A stretch of DNA of 64,000 bases from Macrostomum lignano. Its lineage: Eukaryota. The translations under genes were made by a program, and so were the position numbers. The notes under the pieces were generated by a model, which had not been told where the DNA came from, ran no database searches, and saw only the letters and a list, made by a program, of their open reading frames with translations. The stretch spans positions 37,046 through 101,045 of the forward strand of contig NIVC01001835.1 in assembly GCA_002269645.1 (NCBI GenBank), given 5' to 3'. Shown here one piece after another: positions 30,206 to 44,807 of the stretch (positions are counted from its first letter, which is position 1; each line of letters opens with the position of its first letter).

Positions 30206-31236
30206 GTGAGTTTTGAAATAGCTGTCAAAAGGGACACGGTAATATCTCAGAACACACTGTGTGACCTTTAAAAGCTATAAAAAATCAAACGAAACCACAA
30301 TTGATATCACAGCTCAAATGCAATGATTTTATTGAGATGCCATGCAGCTCAAATAGGGTTTTTTGAGGTCAAAACTTTTATGGTAGTTGTGGGCCTTGTC
30401 AATGTGTACAATCACATGTGAGTTCTGCAATTCGAATTTCAGTTGTTATCCGGACGCCTTGGAGATTTACTGTCCGGCTCCAGGTTCAGCTAGTTAATCC
30501 TAATCCTTTGTAGCTACAATGTCTGAAGTCGTCTGCAAATTTTTAAAAAATCTCAACATGCATGCTACGAGCTTTACTGCTGTGCATTATGACTTTCACA
30601 GAATTTATACTACTGGCCATAGACTTCACAACAAGAGTAGTGCACACGAATTTTAATTCGGCTTCATGGAAATCGCTCGATTTGGCATTCTGTGTATATT
30701 CTGTGATGACTTATGAGTGAGTAAGTGCTACACGTATGCCATGCAGACTTTTTCGAATTCCAGGTTAGCCAGTATTGCGTTAGAGTGAATTTATAGTTAT
30801 ATCAGTTATAACTACGTAGTGTTGCCTTAATGCAATCCGTTATTTAGACTTGATGGCGTGTGGCTTCTTCTATTTAGATTTAAACCAGCTGAATAGTAAA
30901 CTAACGATGTGTAACCAGTACACAAATACACTGCACTGCGCAGCCTGACTTATTAAAAGTTGAGTTTTTATCCTGTATGTAAGTGAAACAGTACAGTGCA
31001 TTAATAATAGTATAATACTGTATAATAGTTCTAATAGTTTACTCGTTTTCATGTTTCTTAGAAAACTCTATTTTAAATCTGCGCTAAAAACAAATCTTTT
31101 ATCTTTTGTTTAAATGTTGTGAGTTATAAAAATATTTTTCACAATTATTCTTTTGCTTGAAACGATAAGAAATCTTAGTATAAATAGGAGCCAGAAGAGG
31201 CCAAGAAAAATAAATCGTGTTAACTCGTTTCCTTCG

Positions 31237-31790
31237 TGTTACAGTTCTGCGAGCTAAATAACTTGCTCTGAATATATTCGTTCCTATATCAAATCGCTAG
31301 ATTGCAGTATTCAAAGGCCTTACTCATTTTCTAGAGTATTAAGCCCCTCATTGGGAGTATCAGAAACCGCTAAGAGCGAGGATCGCCTCAGGGCAGGAAA
31401 AGCGCCTCAGGGCAGGGAAAACGCATAAGGCTGTGACCCTCTGATCCAGGGAACGCCCAGGACTGAGAGAAAACTTATAGGAGTAAATAGAGTAGACAGT
31501 GCCATTAAACCGCTCAGGCCAAAGAGTACAGTACATGTACAGACGCTACCAATAAGATAAGTAGACGCTACCAATATAGAAGTAGATAGAGAAGTAGTCA
31601 CGCTACCAATAAGTATAAGTACATTCGTGCAAAAGTATATTAAGTATAGGAATTAGCCCTGCGACAACTTTGGTGGCAGCTTTAGGATATTTAATAATAG
31701 GAATTAGAAAAGTAGCCCTACAACAGCTGGTGACTCAGCGGTGGGATAATTTCAGTGAGAGCATTCACGCCTACAACAGCTGGTGGCAGC
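31237..31790 (+). mobile_element. LTR-retrotransposon relic: candidate LTR (31237-31666) followed by tRNA-Leu-type PBS motifs
   Basis: TGTTACAG...CTGCGACA imperfect terminal inverted repeat; TGGTGGCAGC at 31671 and 31781, TGGTGACTCAGCGGTGGGAT at 31728. No gag/pol seen. Confidence 0.4.
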
Positions 31791-34700
31791 TCATAAGAAA
31801 AGTGACTAGGCAAAGGCCAACAGTTAGGATTCTAGAAAGACAAAACTAACAGCCCTAGCACCTAGCACATAAGTAATTTTTGCCATCATTACCTGTCAAA
31901 AGTTAACGAAAAAATACAGCTACTAACAGCTACAGCTAAATACTGTAAAAAATACAGTATGATTTTGGCGCGATGTGCTTCGATCGTCGCGCATCTTTTC
32001 TGTGTATTGTAAAATCCAGTTTAAATGGAGCAACTTGCATGGGAAGCCTTCGGGCCTCAGGTCTCAGAAATAAATCAATTAGAGTCCTGGCCCCCCACTC
32101 CTGTCAGATGGTCAGCCCCATGGTAGCTTGATCTTGTGGCAAGCAGTCTAGGTCCTATAGCTAAGAGAGGGACAGCGAGAGACAAGCAGGGAGAATTTTG
32201 AAGGTAGAAATTAGTTAACCCGCAGGTTAGCTAAGTCGCTGCCACCAGCCCGTGCGTCCTGGCTCACCACACCGGGACTCTCGAAATCGGGCTTCCGACT
32301 AGAAGGGGCTTTGCACTTACCTGCCAATTAGTGTCTTTTTGCTGTCTATCTCGAAGTCATAGCCGATGATAAGGGACACTGCTGGGACTTGATCGCATTG
32401 GCCATGCAGGTACAGAGGGGGCTTGTGCAGGGGGATTCTTGCAGTGGCGAGACTATGGGGTAGCTACATGTACTATTACATTGCTAAATACGAAGAATTG
32501 TACTTTTGGCCTTCAACGCGCCAACTATAGCCTCTCATAGCGCTGATGATAGACTAACTCGAACATCGGAGACCGCATGATTCATTACCCGAGCCGCTTG
32601 GCGAACCTAGAGTGCACAGAGTACATCGCTAGCGCCGATTTTGCACTATTAGCAATTTTGCTCACTGATTTGATGGATTGATCGACTGAGAACCGCCTTG
32701 CCATTGGTCCACTGTGACCGGCACCTACTACATGTAGCTTAGCTATTCATCTGAGCCATCGGCGAACAAAGAAATAAAACCGATAAAAATAACTGTCAGA
32801 TTTAACCTTCTCACTTATTCACTACACACCTCAGATTGAATTGGAGTTTCAGACAATAAGAGTATTATTGAATGACCTCTGCCTCAATAACAGCACTACT
32901 GAACAATTTGAGCAAAAGTGTGCGCCTAATCCAGCTACTGAAACAGGGGACAGATAGGGAATCACCCAAATCAAGCAAGTCTAGGCAGCCTCTCACCCAA
33001 CCAATCAGAAACTCAACAGCCGGAGACCAGGTAATCCACAGTGACCTGATCGGCTTAGTGCTTCGCAGCTGTAGGCCCGGGATGATGCTGATGTCACAAT
33101 CTTCGCAGATAGCTAGCAGGTGATGTTCTTAACTTTGATGTTCGCTGCTGACGACCGGGGGGATTCGTCCTTGATGATGACGGGGGGAGTCGCGATCCGG
33201 GGATCAAGAGACGACGGTCGCGTGTAGCAGCCGGGTGTCAGGTGACAGGTGACCAGACAAGGAATTAAGTCTGAGCGGGCCAAAAACGCCGGTTTTTATA
33301 GCCGCCAACTGGACCGCAATTTGTTATAATGGAACACATCGATGCTGATTGGCTGAGCCTGTTTGTTATAACTGACGTCGAATTTTCAGATTGGCTGAGA
33401 TTGTTGCCACCCAAACGATCACGTGACCAGAGGATCCTATCAGTTCCCTCGGGGCCATCAAAATACACCAGCAGGTGCAGTCAAAAATTACTCAAAGTCG
33501 CTACATAATGATTTATGACCTTTCGCGTAGGAATGACAAAAATTAATAACAAAATATGCATTAGAAAGATCTTATTACGTAGAAAGTGAAGATGGTGAAG
33601 AAGAATCGATAATCGCTAATCCCAAAGTACTTTTTAGGGGTAAAACGCATAGCTGTCAAAGCTGTCAAACGCTTGAGTGAACACGAACAATAGGCTCTGA
33701 CCTCATAAATCTGATGGCCTGTCAAAGATGATGTGAAAAAAGCTACCGCCCGCATCCTCTCAGACCATCTGGCGCCAGCCTCAGCACTGAGTTAGGCGCA
33801 GGTGGCTGTCAGACCAGCTCATAAGCAATGATTTATGACCCCAAAAGTAGCAAAAACCGCACCTATGTTTTCATAGCTACAATTATGGCAGATTCATACG
33901 AGTCCTACGAGTATGAATTCTAGGAAAATTACATAGAAAGAAGAAAAATGCCCATAGCCTGCTGTTAGTAGGCTAGCAAGTTTGGAGCCTATGTGCGAGC
34001 GTGAAATTTGGGAAAAGTGCGTCCTCAGATCATCATGATCATGTGTACATGTAAAGACATCACGTACGTGGAGTTTATCATAATCAATATAAACTCCAAG
34101 AAAAATGTTTTAAGTTTTACTCTTAGGCAAATTATTGCTAGTGCGGTGGTGATCCGGGTGCAACGTTAAAGTTGACGTTGAAGTTGACGTCGCTATCCAC
34201 GTCGTCGATGCAATGTAAAAGTAGATATTTGTAAGCAATCGATTGACATCGCGGAAACAGATCGGCCTCCAACTTTTTTAGTTTCCCATCCCTAGTTATT
34301 TAGTAGTCCCTGTGTGCAACCGAGGTTTAGGAAACCGCGGCCCAGCAGGTTTGGTACCCCTGTTGTTCCCATTTTTTGCAGTTCTATCAAACTACTGTCA
34401 TGCTGTACGACAATGTATGTGAAGCTTATATTAGCTTTGATGTTTCTTACCGAAAAGAAAGAAGCTCCCGATCGAGCACAGCTTTAGCGTCCTGCTATGG
34501 CGCCCTCTAATTCGGCTTACTGGGCACCTCACAATGGCAGTTAAAGCTAAGCAACCTCAAAGACGACGGAGCTAGAGGGAGCTACCACACACGACGCGGC
34601 GGCCCCCCATTGGCACGTTGTCACAATAAAAGCTACATTCCCAAATAAATTATTTTCCTGGCTGCGCCCTTGAGAAGTGGTGATGTATTTAGTCGAAAAT

Positions 34701-35123
34701 AAATTGCCCTTAAGATTACAGCTTGTTATCCGTTGCGATATACATTTGTATTTTAGCGATATTCAGCATTGCTTATCGAAAATTGTTTAACTACCTATTT
34801 GTTTTAAACGAACAGGTAATTTGCAAGTTACTAGTCAATTTTATCATTTTGGCAAAAACAGGACATTAAAAATCTTGTTATCATTTAAATGCAGAGTTTT
34901 TAGTTAAACTTTTATTTCGTATTATTTAAATTTGTGAATTTTCTACGAAACATAATCGACCTGCACTTTGCATTAAAAAACTAAGAACTCACAACCACAT
35001 GTGCACTGCATATAAAACTACTTAACTAGAAATTTGGCATAAATTAGTATTACTTCTGCTCACTCTGACTCTGGCAGCAGAAAATTGTGTTAACTTGCTC
35101 CAGAGTCTAACTACATTAGAACG

Positions 35124-38100
35124 ATGGCTACATATTTAAATCTAGACGTAGTGCATTACATTTGCTCGTGCAAAGTTAGCAAGCCTTTATGCCGCCTTTA
35201 TCTATGCAAACACTGTTTTGAACTTCGATGTCAAGATTGTGTACTTCCAGAGGTATGCATTTTCAGTTACTCTAAGTATAGAATATTTAGTATAATAATA
35301 TATTTAATTTAGTATTGTTGCATTGACTATTGCCATATCATATGGCATAGGCTATGCAAATTGTCGTTTATATGCTCTTGCTGATCTGTATTTGAATAGT
35401 CATAATATTGAAAGCATAGTGCTAAGCATAGGCCTAATAAAAATAAAACTTCCATTTATTTTTTAGGCCTATATAAAATTATTGATCAACAGCAACAACA
35501 ACCAACTACACCAATATACACATGCCTAACACCCATCTAACCTGTCCAAATTGGACAAGTGAAATGGCTGCTGGCCAAGGTAAATCACAAAACTGAAAAT
35601 GCAAAAAAATAAAAAATTAGGGAAAAAAGAAGGTAGTTGTTATTTGTCCAGTGACTAGAGGAATAGCAATGTGGTTATTTGTCTGGTTACTGGATAATGA
35701 CCATGCTTTCCTATTCGTCTGGTTAATACTAGGCCTAGACAAATAGGCATTTTGCTGTTTGTCTGGTTAAATTGATAATGCTAAAATATCTATTTCATAG
35801 AAACTACATGGGTAAATATTCCTAGACTGCAAATACTTCTTACTCGTATCTTGATTATTATGTTGTTATACTAGTGTGTGTTAATATATCAAATTATGCC
35901 AAATTGAATAAATTGCTTTGCTTACTAGTATATAAGACAATATTAATCAGTATATGAGAAAAGGTCTTAAAAATCTAGAATATCCATCATGAAACAAATA
36001 GATATTTGTATTAGCAATTTAACTAGACAAATAGTAAAAAGGCTATTTATCCGGTCACTGGACAAATAAAAATTGCCAAGAAAAAAGGAGAGGAAAAGAA
36101 AAGAAGGAAAAGAAAAAGAGGAGAAAGAGGAGAGAAAGAAAAAAGAGAAAAATGAGTGAAAGGCAAAAAAATTCATATACAAAGTGAAAATTAAGTCACA
36201 ATCAAGAGGAACTAAGTTGCAATCAGGAAAAACTAAGTCACAAATCTGGACAAAACTAAGTTGCACCAGATAGGTGAAATTTTAAGGTTGGACATGTGTA
36301 TACACCAACCTTGGGCAAGCCATGTTGGGTTGCTATCAAAAGGTATGTAGCAATGTGCAGATTTGCACAGAATAGCAAGTTTGCAAGGGTTAGATTTTAA
36401 TGTCTCTTAGAAGCTGTTATGACTTCTTCTCTAGCAGAAAACAGTGAGCGAAGACCTCTTAATAATTACTTTCAAAAACCAAGCGTCTTATTTGATGTTA
36501 TCATAACATTTTTTTTTATTTTCAAGCTTGAAGCATCACTTTTTTAGCTTATGGCTGGGTGTGTGCAATTGAGTTGTCTATGGCCATACCCAACAGAAGC
36601 TAGTTGTCAAATACAGACTTGTTTTTGCCTAACCAAGCCACTGTGGCCCTTGAAATGATAGCCTAGTTAGTAGCAACATATCCTAAAGTGGCTTAGGGCA
36701 GTAGTGCTCTGCTTAGATAATGTTACTAACTAGCTATAAGTGCCAAATGTGTAGAGCTAGTTAGGTCATTAAAGCTAGACCTATCAATATAGCTTGTTTA
36801 ACCTAAATTCTTGCTTTACACTGAATTTTAAGAGGCCTACATCTAATAGTTTGTAGTGTATTCACTATATTTTAGGTATTGTAGCATATTTCTATTTTCT
36901 ATGATATTCTATAATATGCTTAAATCTTCATATTCTAGAAAGTTCTCCAATTAAACAATGCATATATATGAAATAAGATAGTGTATAGTAAAATATTTGT
37001 ATTCTAAAAACTTCCACATAAACACTCACTTACTATATTTGGTATTTTAAACTCTTGCGCACCCTTTCTAGAAACTACTTTTTTAACTTTCTGGATTCTA
37101 GAATATGTTCTATCAATACAAATAAAATTATATAACACCTTAACATGCAATTATTCAAGTCTCTTTCTTTTCCATAAAGGAAAACAATCAGAGCAAAACC
37201 AAAGCAAACAAACCACTAGGTTTTATGCCTCAATTATTTTTGCAATCCTATAAGTTCACTATCATCTTTACTTTGTGGACTTCTTAAAGGCCTTTGAATT
37301 AGTTTTGAGGTAGGTTATTATAAACATTTTGCTCATATATCATATAGTTGAGCAGCTACTGATAGCTATGTTAGCTCTATATTAAGAATCTTAGATAGTA
37401 GTTGTGATACTAGATTACCTTTCTAAGCTTTTGACATATCCTCTAGCATTCTCCAAGGGGACACCTTGGCCCCATTTGTTTTTTCTTATCTAGGACTAAA
37501 TACTATATACTAGCCTCTTTGATAACTAGAAGACCAAAGGATTTTTTTCTGCTGCAAAATAAGCAAGCAATACCCTGAGAACCAACTCTATCTTAGTGTA
37601 CATGGATGACCTAGTGCTATTGTCTAACATAGCTGAAGGAGCCTAACACCTACTAGACTAGTTGATAGTAATGGCCATTACAATTGGACTACCCATGAAT
37701 ACCAAAAAGACAATGGAGCTTACTGTGCCAATAGACCTCCCAGCTAAATCTATACCATTGCATAAACAGGCAGGTTGTATAATATTGCTGCCCTATGCAA
37801 AGAGTTTATTTATCTTAGTAGTCTTGTACCAAGTATCATGGATGACATGGCATAGCACTTGGGGCACATCCACACTAGGGTGGACTGTCTTGCAGTGCCC
37901 CACATTGCTAGATTGACTAAAAGGGCAGCTTTTCTAGGCTATCATAAAAACCATCCTCCTTTACAATGCTAAAACATGGATACTGATTAGCCCATAGGAA
38001 TGGCAAATCGAAGCTACTTATGCTAGACTTCTAAGAACCACTTTTGATATCTACTATTTAATAAAGCAATACAATTTTCTATTTGAGAATGATATGTAAT

Positions 38101-41100
38101 TGAACCATTGACATTGCATTCTAAAAAAACTAAGCTTAGGCTTGTTGCTTATGTATAGATACTTTTATATTTATTAATCAAGTGGTCCAAAGGCCAAAAG
38201 ATTTCTAAATTAATTTAAATGTGTATCATAAATGAAAATTGAAAAGATATTCTAGTCCCTATAAATTAAGGTTTGAAATACTGTACTTAATAAGATGATA
38301 TAAATGTTGAATAATTCTAGCATATAGAGTGATCTGGCATTAACTGTTGGCATAATTGTTATATAGAGGGGCCTTGGATACCCCTTGGTATACAGCTTAA
38401 TACGAGTATACACAGATCATGAAGACAACAGGTGGGATTGAGTGTGTATATAGCTGTCTGTCTCTAATACAAAATACTTCATCTTTATGACTATGAATTA
38501 CATTTTGCTGCCAGGCGAGCTTACTATTTCTTACACTTCTTGTCCCTCCAACATATGCTCAACAGGTGGACTGCCAATACTGCCCCAACTGCCTAGACTA
38601 TATGTCATCTGGCGAGGCCAAGGTAAAAAAGAACCGCTGCAGTGCCTGCTATGACTGTCCCAGCTGCGGCCACACCCTGTCTACTAGGGCCACCTCTGCC
38701 ACTCTGCCAAGCCCCGACGATCCAACAAAACAGGTCGCTCAGAAAGTCTATTACCTGCTGTGCGCATTCTGTCGGTAAGTACGAGCGTACTTTATCAGAT
38801 TCTATATCAGTGCACCCAGAGTCTTGTGTTAATTCACTTCATTGGCCTTATTATGTGTCAACTAATTCCCAAATATCCTCTGAGAATTTGAGATTTATCA
38901 CAAATACTTTTAGGGACATGGTGGCTACACGTCACACTCTAATTAGGTGGGTACCCGTCACAAAGACTCGTATGAACTGGGTGGGTGCCCGTCACAAAGA
39001 CTCGTATGAACTGGGTAGGTACCCGTTAAAAAGACTTGTATGAACTGGGTGGGTACCCATCACAAAGGCACTAGAGCAAAGGTACTCTTCACAAAGACTC
39101 ATATCAACTAGGATTGGGTGGGTACCCGTCGCACAGAGTCAAAGACTCTACTATATAGAGTTGCTACTGGTAAGCAACAAAGAACTCAGACATGCCAGAC
39201 AGTTTCGATCCATCATCACAAAGTCTGAATCTGAATTTTAATAACGCCAATCAGTTGGACCACACGAGACGGCGGCATACCGGACCAGCGGGCGCCCTCT
39301 GTCCCGTGGCGCAACCTGGCCCAGGGCGCCGAGCTCAGGCAGGACAATTCCAAGCGATTAACCACCCTGACCGAGGCGTTTCGCCAGCTGGCTCTGAAAG
39401 AGAAGGCCGAGAAGGAGCGCAAGAAGATTGCAGTTAGAAAGAAATCGTTTTTCTCCCCGGGTCTGACCGATCGATACGGCCTGGCCTCTGTGGCTTTGCG
39501 AAAGAAGAGTCTGGCCAATCCCAGCCATTTCACGTGAGTTGCTGGCCTGCACCTGATGCCTAGCTAGTAGTTGCACTAGTAACCTGGTTATATGCTTTGG
39601 TACTAATCCCATTTTATTCCTTCGTGTATTCACCACTGCTGTCCCATTGTGTGTTGGGGGGGGTCACTGCTGTCCCATTGTGTGTTTGGGGGGGTCACTG
39701 CTGTCCCATTGTGTGTTGGGGGAGGTCACTGCTGCCCCATTGTGTGTTTGGGGGGGGTCACTGCTGCCCCATTGTGTGTGTTTGGGGGGGGGGGTCACTG
39801 CTGCCCCATTGTGTGTTTGGGGGGGGGTCACTGCTGCCCCATTGTGTGTGTTTGGGGGGAGGTCACTGCTGCCCCATTGTGTGTTTGGGGGGGGGTCACT
39901 GCTGCCCCATTGTGTGTTTGGAGGGGTCACTGCTGCCCCATTGTGTGTGTTTGGGGGGGGGTCACTGCTGCCCCATTGTGTGTTTGGGGGGGGTCACTGC
40001 TGCCCCATTGTGTGTTTGGGGGGGGGGGTCACTGCTGCCCCATTGTGTGTGTTTGGGGGAGGTCACTGCTGCCCCATTGTGTGTTTGGGGGGGTCACTGC
40101 TGCCCCATTGTGTGTTTGGGGGGGGTCACTGCTGCCCCATTGTGTGTGTTTGGGGGGAGGTCACTGCTGCCCCATTGTGTGTTTGGGGGGGGGGGGGGTC
40201 ACTGCTGCCCCATTGTGTGTTTGGAGGGGTCACTGCTGCCCCATTGTGTGTTTGGGGGGGGGGTCACTGCTGCCCCATTGTGTGTTGGGGGGGTCACTGC
40301 TGCCCCATTGTGTGTGTTTGGGGGGAGGTCACTGCTGCCCCATTGTGTGTTTGGGGGGGGGGGTCACTGCTGCCCCATTGTGTGTTTGGAGGGGTCACTG
40401 CTGCCCCATTGTGTGTGTTTGGGGGGTCACTGCTGCCCCATTGTGTGTGTTTGGGGGGAGGTCACTGCTGCCCCATTGTGTGTTTGGGGGGGGTCACTGC
40501 TGCCCCATTGTGTGTTTGGAGGGGTCACTGCTGCCCCATTGTGTGTGTTTGGGGGGGTCACTGCTGCCCCATTGTGTGTTTGGGGGGGGTCACTGCTGCC
40601 CCATTGTGTGTGTTGGGGGTGGGTCACTGCTGCCCCATTGTGTGTTGGGGGGGGGTCACTGCTGCCCCATTGTGTGTTGAGGGGGGTCACTGCTGCCCCA
40701 TTGTGTGTTGAGGGGGGTCACTGCTGCCCCATTGTGTATTTGGGGGGGGGTCACTGCTGCCCCATAGTGTGTTTGGGGGGGTCACTGCTGCCCCATTGTG
40801 TGTTTGGGGGGTCACTGCTGCCCCATTGTGTATTTGGGGGGGGGTCACTGCTGCCCCATAGTGTGTTTGGGGGGGGGGGTCACTGCTGCCCCATTGTGTG
40901 TCCGCAGAACTTGCATGGTGTCGTCTTGCTATTGTATAGTTTGGCCTGTTGAGTGTCCGGCTTTAAAAGCTAAATTAATCTGCAAACTATACACTGCTTT
41001 TTTGGCAGCTTTTGTTTGTCACGGCTCCGTACTAGACAAATATTTAAGCAAAATCAAACTTCAGATTCAAGCTTGTACCGCTATTCGATGACGAAGCTAA

Positions 41101-43793
41101 TGACAGGTTAAAACTGTTTATGATTGAATATAATTTATAGAAAACTATTTTTTACTATTTATGTGTCTTTTACTACTTTCAATTCAAGTAATAAGTAGTG
41201 CATGAGATAATTGAGGAAGTTTTTTATGCATGCTTGAATTTTATGTATTTAGTTTTTACTGAATTAGATTTTCATTACTCGTACTTTTCTCTTTAACAGT
41301 AGAAAAGGAGTTTTTTACTTTCAATCTAAGCAGCTGCAATCAGAGTTGATGTGCGAATTGCGATTGCAATCTTAAACGTGCTGCAGACAGTCAAATTCGA
41401 ACGCAAACATTCATTTCAGCGTATTGAGATTTCACATCGTCAAAAAACAGAATCTTTCACATTTTCACAAGCTCGATATTTTGTATACTCGAAACTTGAC
41501 AAACTCGGAATTTTGCATCGTTAAAAGTTTCGAGCTTGCAAAAAGTTCGAGCTTGTGAAGTTTCGAGCTTGTAAAATTTTGAGCTTGTGAAGCTTCGAGA
41601 TTGTGAAGCTTCGAGATTGTGAAGCTTCGAGCTTGTGAAGCTTCGAGATTGTGAAGCTTCGAGATTGTGAAACTTCGAGCTTGTGAAGTTTCGAGCTTGT
41701 GAAGCTTCGAGCTTGTGAAGCTTCGAGATTGTGAAACTTCGAGATTGTGAAGCTTCGAGCTTTGAAGCTTCGAGATTGTGAAGTTTCGAGCCTGTGAAGT
41801 TTCGAGCTCGTGAAGCTTCGAGCTTGTGAAGCTTCGAGATTGTGAAGTTTCGAGCTTGTGAATCTTCCAGATTGTGAAGCTTCGAGATTGTGAAACTTCG
41901 AGCTTGTGAAGTTTCGAGCTTGTGAAGCTTCGAGCTTGTGAAGCTTCGAGATTGTGAAACTTCGAGATTGTGAAGCTTCGAGCTTTGAAGCTTCGAGATT
42001 GTGAAGTTTCGAGCCTGTGAAGTTTTGAGCTCGTGAAGCTTCGAGCTTGTGAAGCTTCGAGATTGTGAAGTTTCGAGCTTGTGAATCTTCGAGATTGTGA
42101 AGCTTCGAGATTGTGAAGTTTCGAGCTTGTGAAGCTTCGAGATTGTGAAGTTTCGAGCTTGTGAAACTTCGAGCTTGTGAAGTTTCGAGCTTGTGAATCT
42201 TCGAGATTGTAGAAGTTTCGAGCTTGTGAAGCTTCGAGATTGTGAAGTTTCGAGATTGTAAAGTTTCGAGCTAGTGAAGTTTCGAGATTGTGAAGTTTCG
42301 AGATTGTAAAGTTTCGAGCTTGTGAAGCTTCGAGATTGTGAAGCTTCGAGATTGGGAAGGTTCGAGATTGTGAAGTTTCGAGCTTGTAAAAGTTTCGAGC
42401 TTGTAAAAAGCGAACCTAAAAGCCTAGCTGAACGAACAGCCACTTCATTAACCACTTAACCACAGGCCTCAAACTGTGGACATACCCGAAGCTCAAGCCA
42501 CCGAGGACCCCCCAGACGATCTGGACGAAGCCTACTGGCTGCCGCCGGTGCCCGAGCAGTCGCCGCTGGCGCCGGGGCTGCATACCCGCAGCAGCCTGCT
42601 GCAGCGCCTCGCCGACCCGGAGATCCAGCCGGAGCGCAGCAGCCAGCTCGCTCCCATCAGCAAGCCGGTGCTGTGCAAACGGTCGCTTCGCTGTCGCCAG
42701 TGCGATCACAATTTGAGCAAGCCAGAGCTGAATCCGGCCGCGCCTAAGTTTAAAATTAACCTGTGCGCCCTTTACAATGTGCCCGAGATGCGCCTGTACA
42801 GCGTGGGAGATGGAGAGGGCGGAGAGGGCGACGACTGGTGAGTGTGTTGCGCAGGTCATCGAAATTGGGGCCGGAGGAAATTTTTATTTGGGGATCAATA
42901 TGTGGGATGGGGATTTTTTGGGATAAGTATAGTGTGGAATGGGGATTTTTTGGGATATGTATAGTGTGGGATGGGGATTTTTTGGGATATGTATAGTGTG
43001 GGATGGGGATTTTTTGGGATATGTATTGTGTGAGTTTGGGATTTCAGTTTGTGGGATAAATATAATGTGGAATGGGGATTTCAGTTTGTGGGATAAATAT
43101 AGTGTAAAATGGAGATTTCAGTTTATGAGATAGTATAGTGTGGGTTAGGGATTTCAGTTTGAGGATCAATGCAGTGCTGGATGAGGATTTCATATTGGGT
43201 TTAATGTGTCAAATAGGAATTTCAGTTTGGGAAAAAATTAGACGAAGAAGTTAGTTTTGCTTGGGTTGATTCGGGCACTGGGATTTACGAGTAGATAAGC
43301 CTCTATGGGGATTTTACCGTGTGCAACTCTCCCTAACACTTGCTGATCCTCGGCCAACCCCCCCCCTCCGCTCAGCTGCCAGCTGACCCTGCTGCTCACC
43401 AACCCGGCCTCCAAGCCCACCGGAGTCCGTCTGCGCTGCCTGGACAGCCGGCTAGCCCTGCCAGACCGCGAGTTCAGCCTCGGACCCTGCGGCGACGCCG
43501 CCTTAGACCTCGACGATCCCCTAGCCGCTGCCGGCGCCCAGTCGCCGAGCTCGGAGCCGGACAGGCCCGATGAGGTGGCCTTCCGCGGCCCCGGCAGGCT
43601 GGGCCTTCTCGCTCGACTGCGCTGCGCCAGACAGCTGGCCGCTAGGGAAGGCGTCCGTCTAGAATTGAGCTACGAATTTCGCAATATTGTGCTGCCGTCT
43701 GCCGCGGCTGGCGAATCTGTTGAAGTTCGTCGGCTGACCGCCGAGCTGCTGCTGAGGCCGCCAGCGTCGTCTGGCGCTGCTGCTAAGGCTTGA
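35124..43793 (+). CDS. DCTN4: Dynactin subunit 4 (p62), 5 exons, 468 aa
   Basis: Exons 35124-35252, 38566-38774, 39255-39533, 42466-42837, 43376-43793 (1407 nt, phases consistent). Motifs [18 protein letters not shown]...[63 protein letters not shown]. Confidence 0.95.
37440..38050 (+). pseudogene. Heavily decayed non-LTR (RTE-like) reverse transcriptase fragment in DCTN4 intron 1
   Basis: Discontinuous motifs in RT order: [49 protein letters not shown]; many stops. Confidence 0.65.
38945..39135. repeat. Short 34-bp tandem repeat (GGGTACCCGTCACAAAGACTCGTATGAACTGGGT)
   Basis: About 4-5 degenerate copies in DCTN4 intron 2. Confidence 0.75.
39630..40900. repeat. ~30-35-bp minisatellite (GTCACTGCTGCCCCATTGTGTGTTTGGGGGGG)n with variable G-run
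   Basis: Directly visible in DCTN4 intron 3. Confidence 0.95.
41530..42410. repeat. 16-bp minisatellite (GAAGCTTCGAGCTTGT / GAAGCTTCGAGATTGT)n
   Basis: Directly visible in DCTN4 intron 3. Confidence 0.94.
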
Positions 43794-44807
43794 GTTTATT
43801 GAAATTCGTAGTTTAGCGTTCATGCGCGATTTACACTACTCTTCCTGGGGCAATTAGTAGGCAAGCTGCGAGTTTTTAATACTATTTTAAAAATATATAC
43901 TTATTAGACCCAATGAAGTCTGTGTTTTACTCGGTCCCAGCGGTTGACAATAGGATGGAATTTTTTCCAACCTATGGCTACATCATTAAGATATTGAAAC
44001 TCGCCATTTGCTATTTATTATCTTCTTGATAAAATCAGATTTGCAGAGCGCGTGTTTATTGGTGAAAGTGATATTATTACTTCTAAGCTATAGTGCTCAT
44101 GGTAAACTGGGTTGCCTATTAAATATACATCACTGCTGTCTAATGCTATTATCTTTGCATCAATTATATTCGGTGTCGCAGTCTATTATAAGAGTTTAAG
44201 GTATTTACTCGAATCGATATTTAGTGTGCCGCTTGCGAATCTCGTGACAGTCTGTGTTTTAATAGGAGCAAAACTTGGCAAGGTTAAACTAAAAGCTATG
44301 TATGAACACTATTTGTAGCTTTTTTAGGTAGTTTTTTTAATTACATGCTTTATAATAAGCGCAACTCGCTACTAACAGCGGTATGTGTTTAAGCTTGAAA
44401 ATTTTGGCATTGCTCTCTGGCTAGCGGTTTAATAATTTTCCATAAAGTCTTGTCAGGTCTTTGCTTAACTCTCGTTATATTATACTTGTAATATGCTTCT
44501 GAAGCCTGCTATTGATTAATATGTATTTTGCATACTGATAAATAAACTATGCTGGATTATTTATCCATCTGATTTATGGTTTGAATTTTATCTTCATAGA
44601 GAAATTGCGCGTAAAAAAATCGAATAGTTATTGTTTAATTTATCGATTACAAGAGCCGATAAAATTTACCGATGCTGTTTATTTGTTTAGATTATTCAGG
44701 ATTATTTTGTTAAAGCAGTAAAAATTAGCAAGTGTCACAGCTGTTACAGAGAGTCTTAAAACAGTCGTAGAACCTGGCTCGGATCGGGGCTGCAACAGTT
44801 CAGTTTT

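Noticed and set aside
33223-33505. Solo LTR (TGTAGC...GCTACA with CCAAT/TATA-like boxes on the minus strand)
   Set aside because: No TSD, no adjacent PBS or PPT; 6-bp inverted repeat could be chance.
39597-42455. Gly/Cys-rich keratin-like ORFs and a 332-aa Ser/Lys ORF
   Set aside because: Intronic minisatellites of DCTN4.
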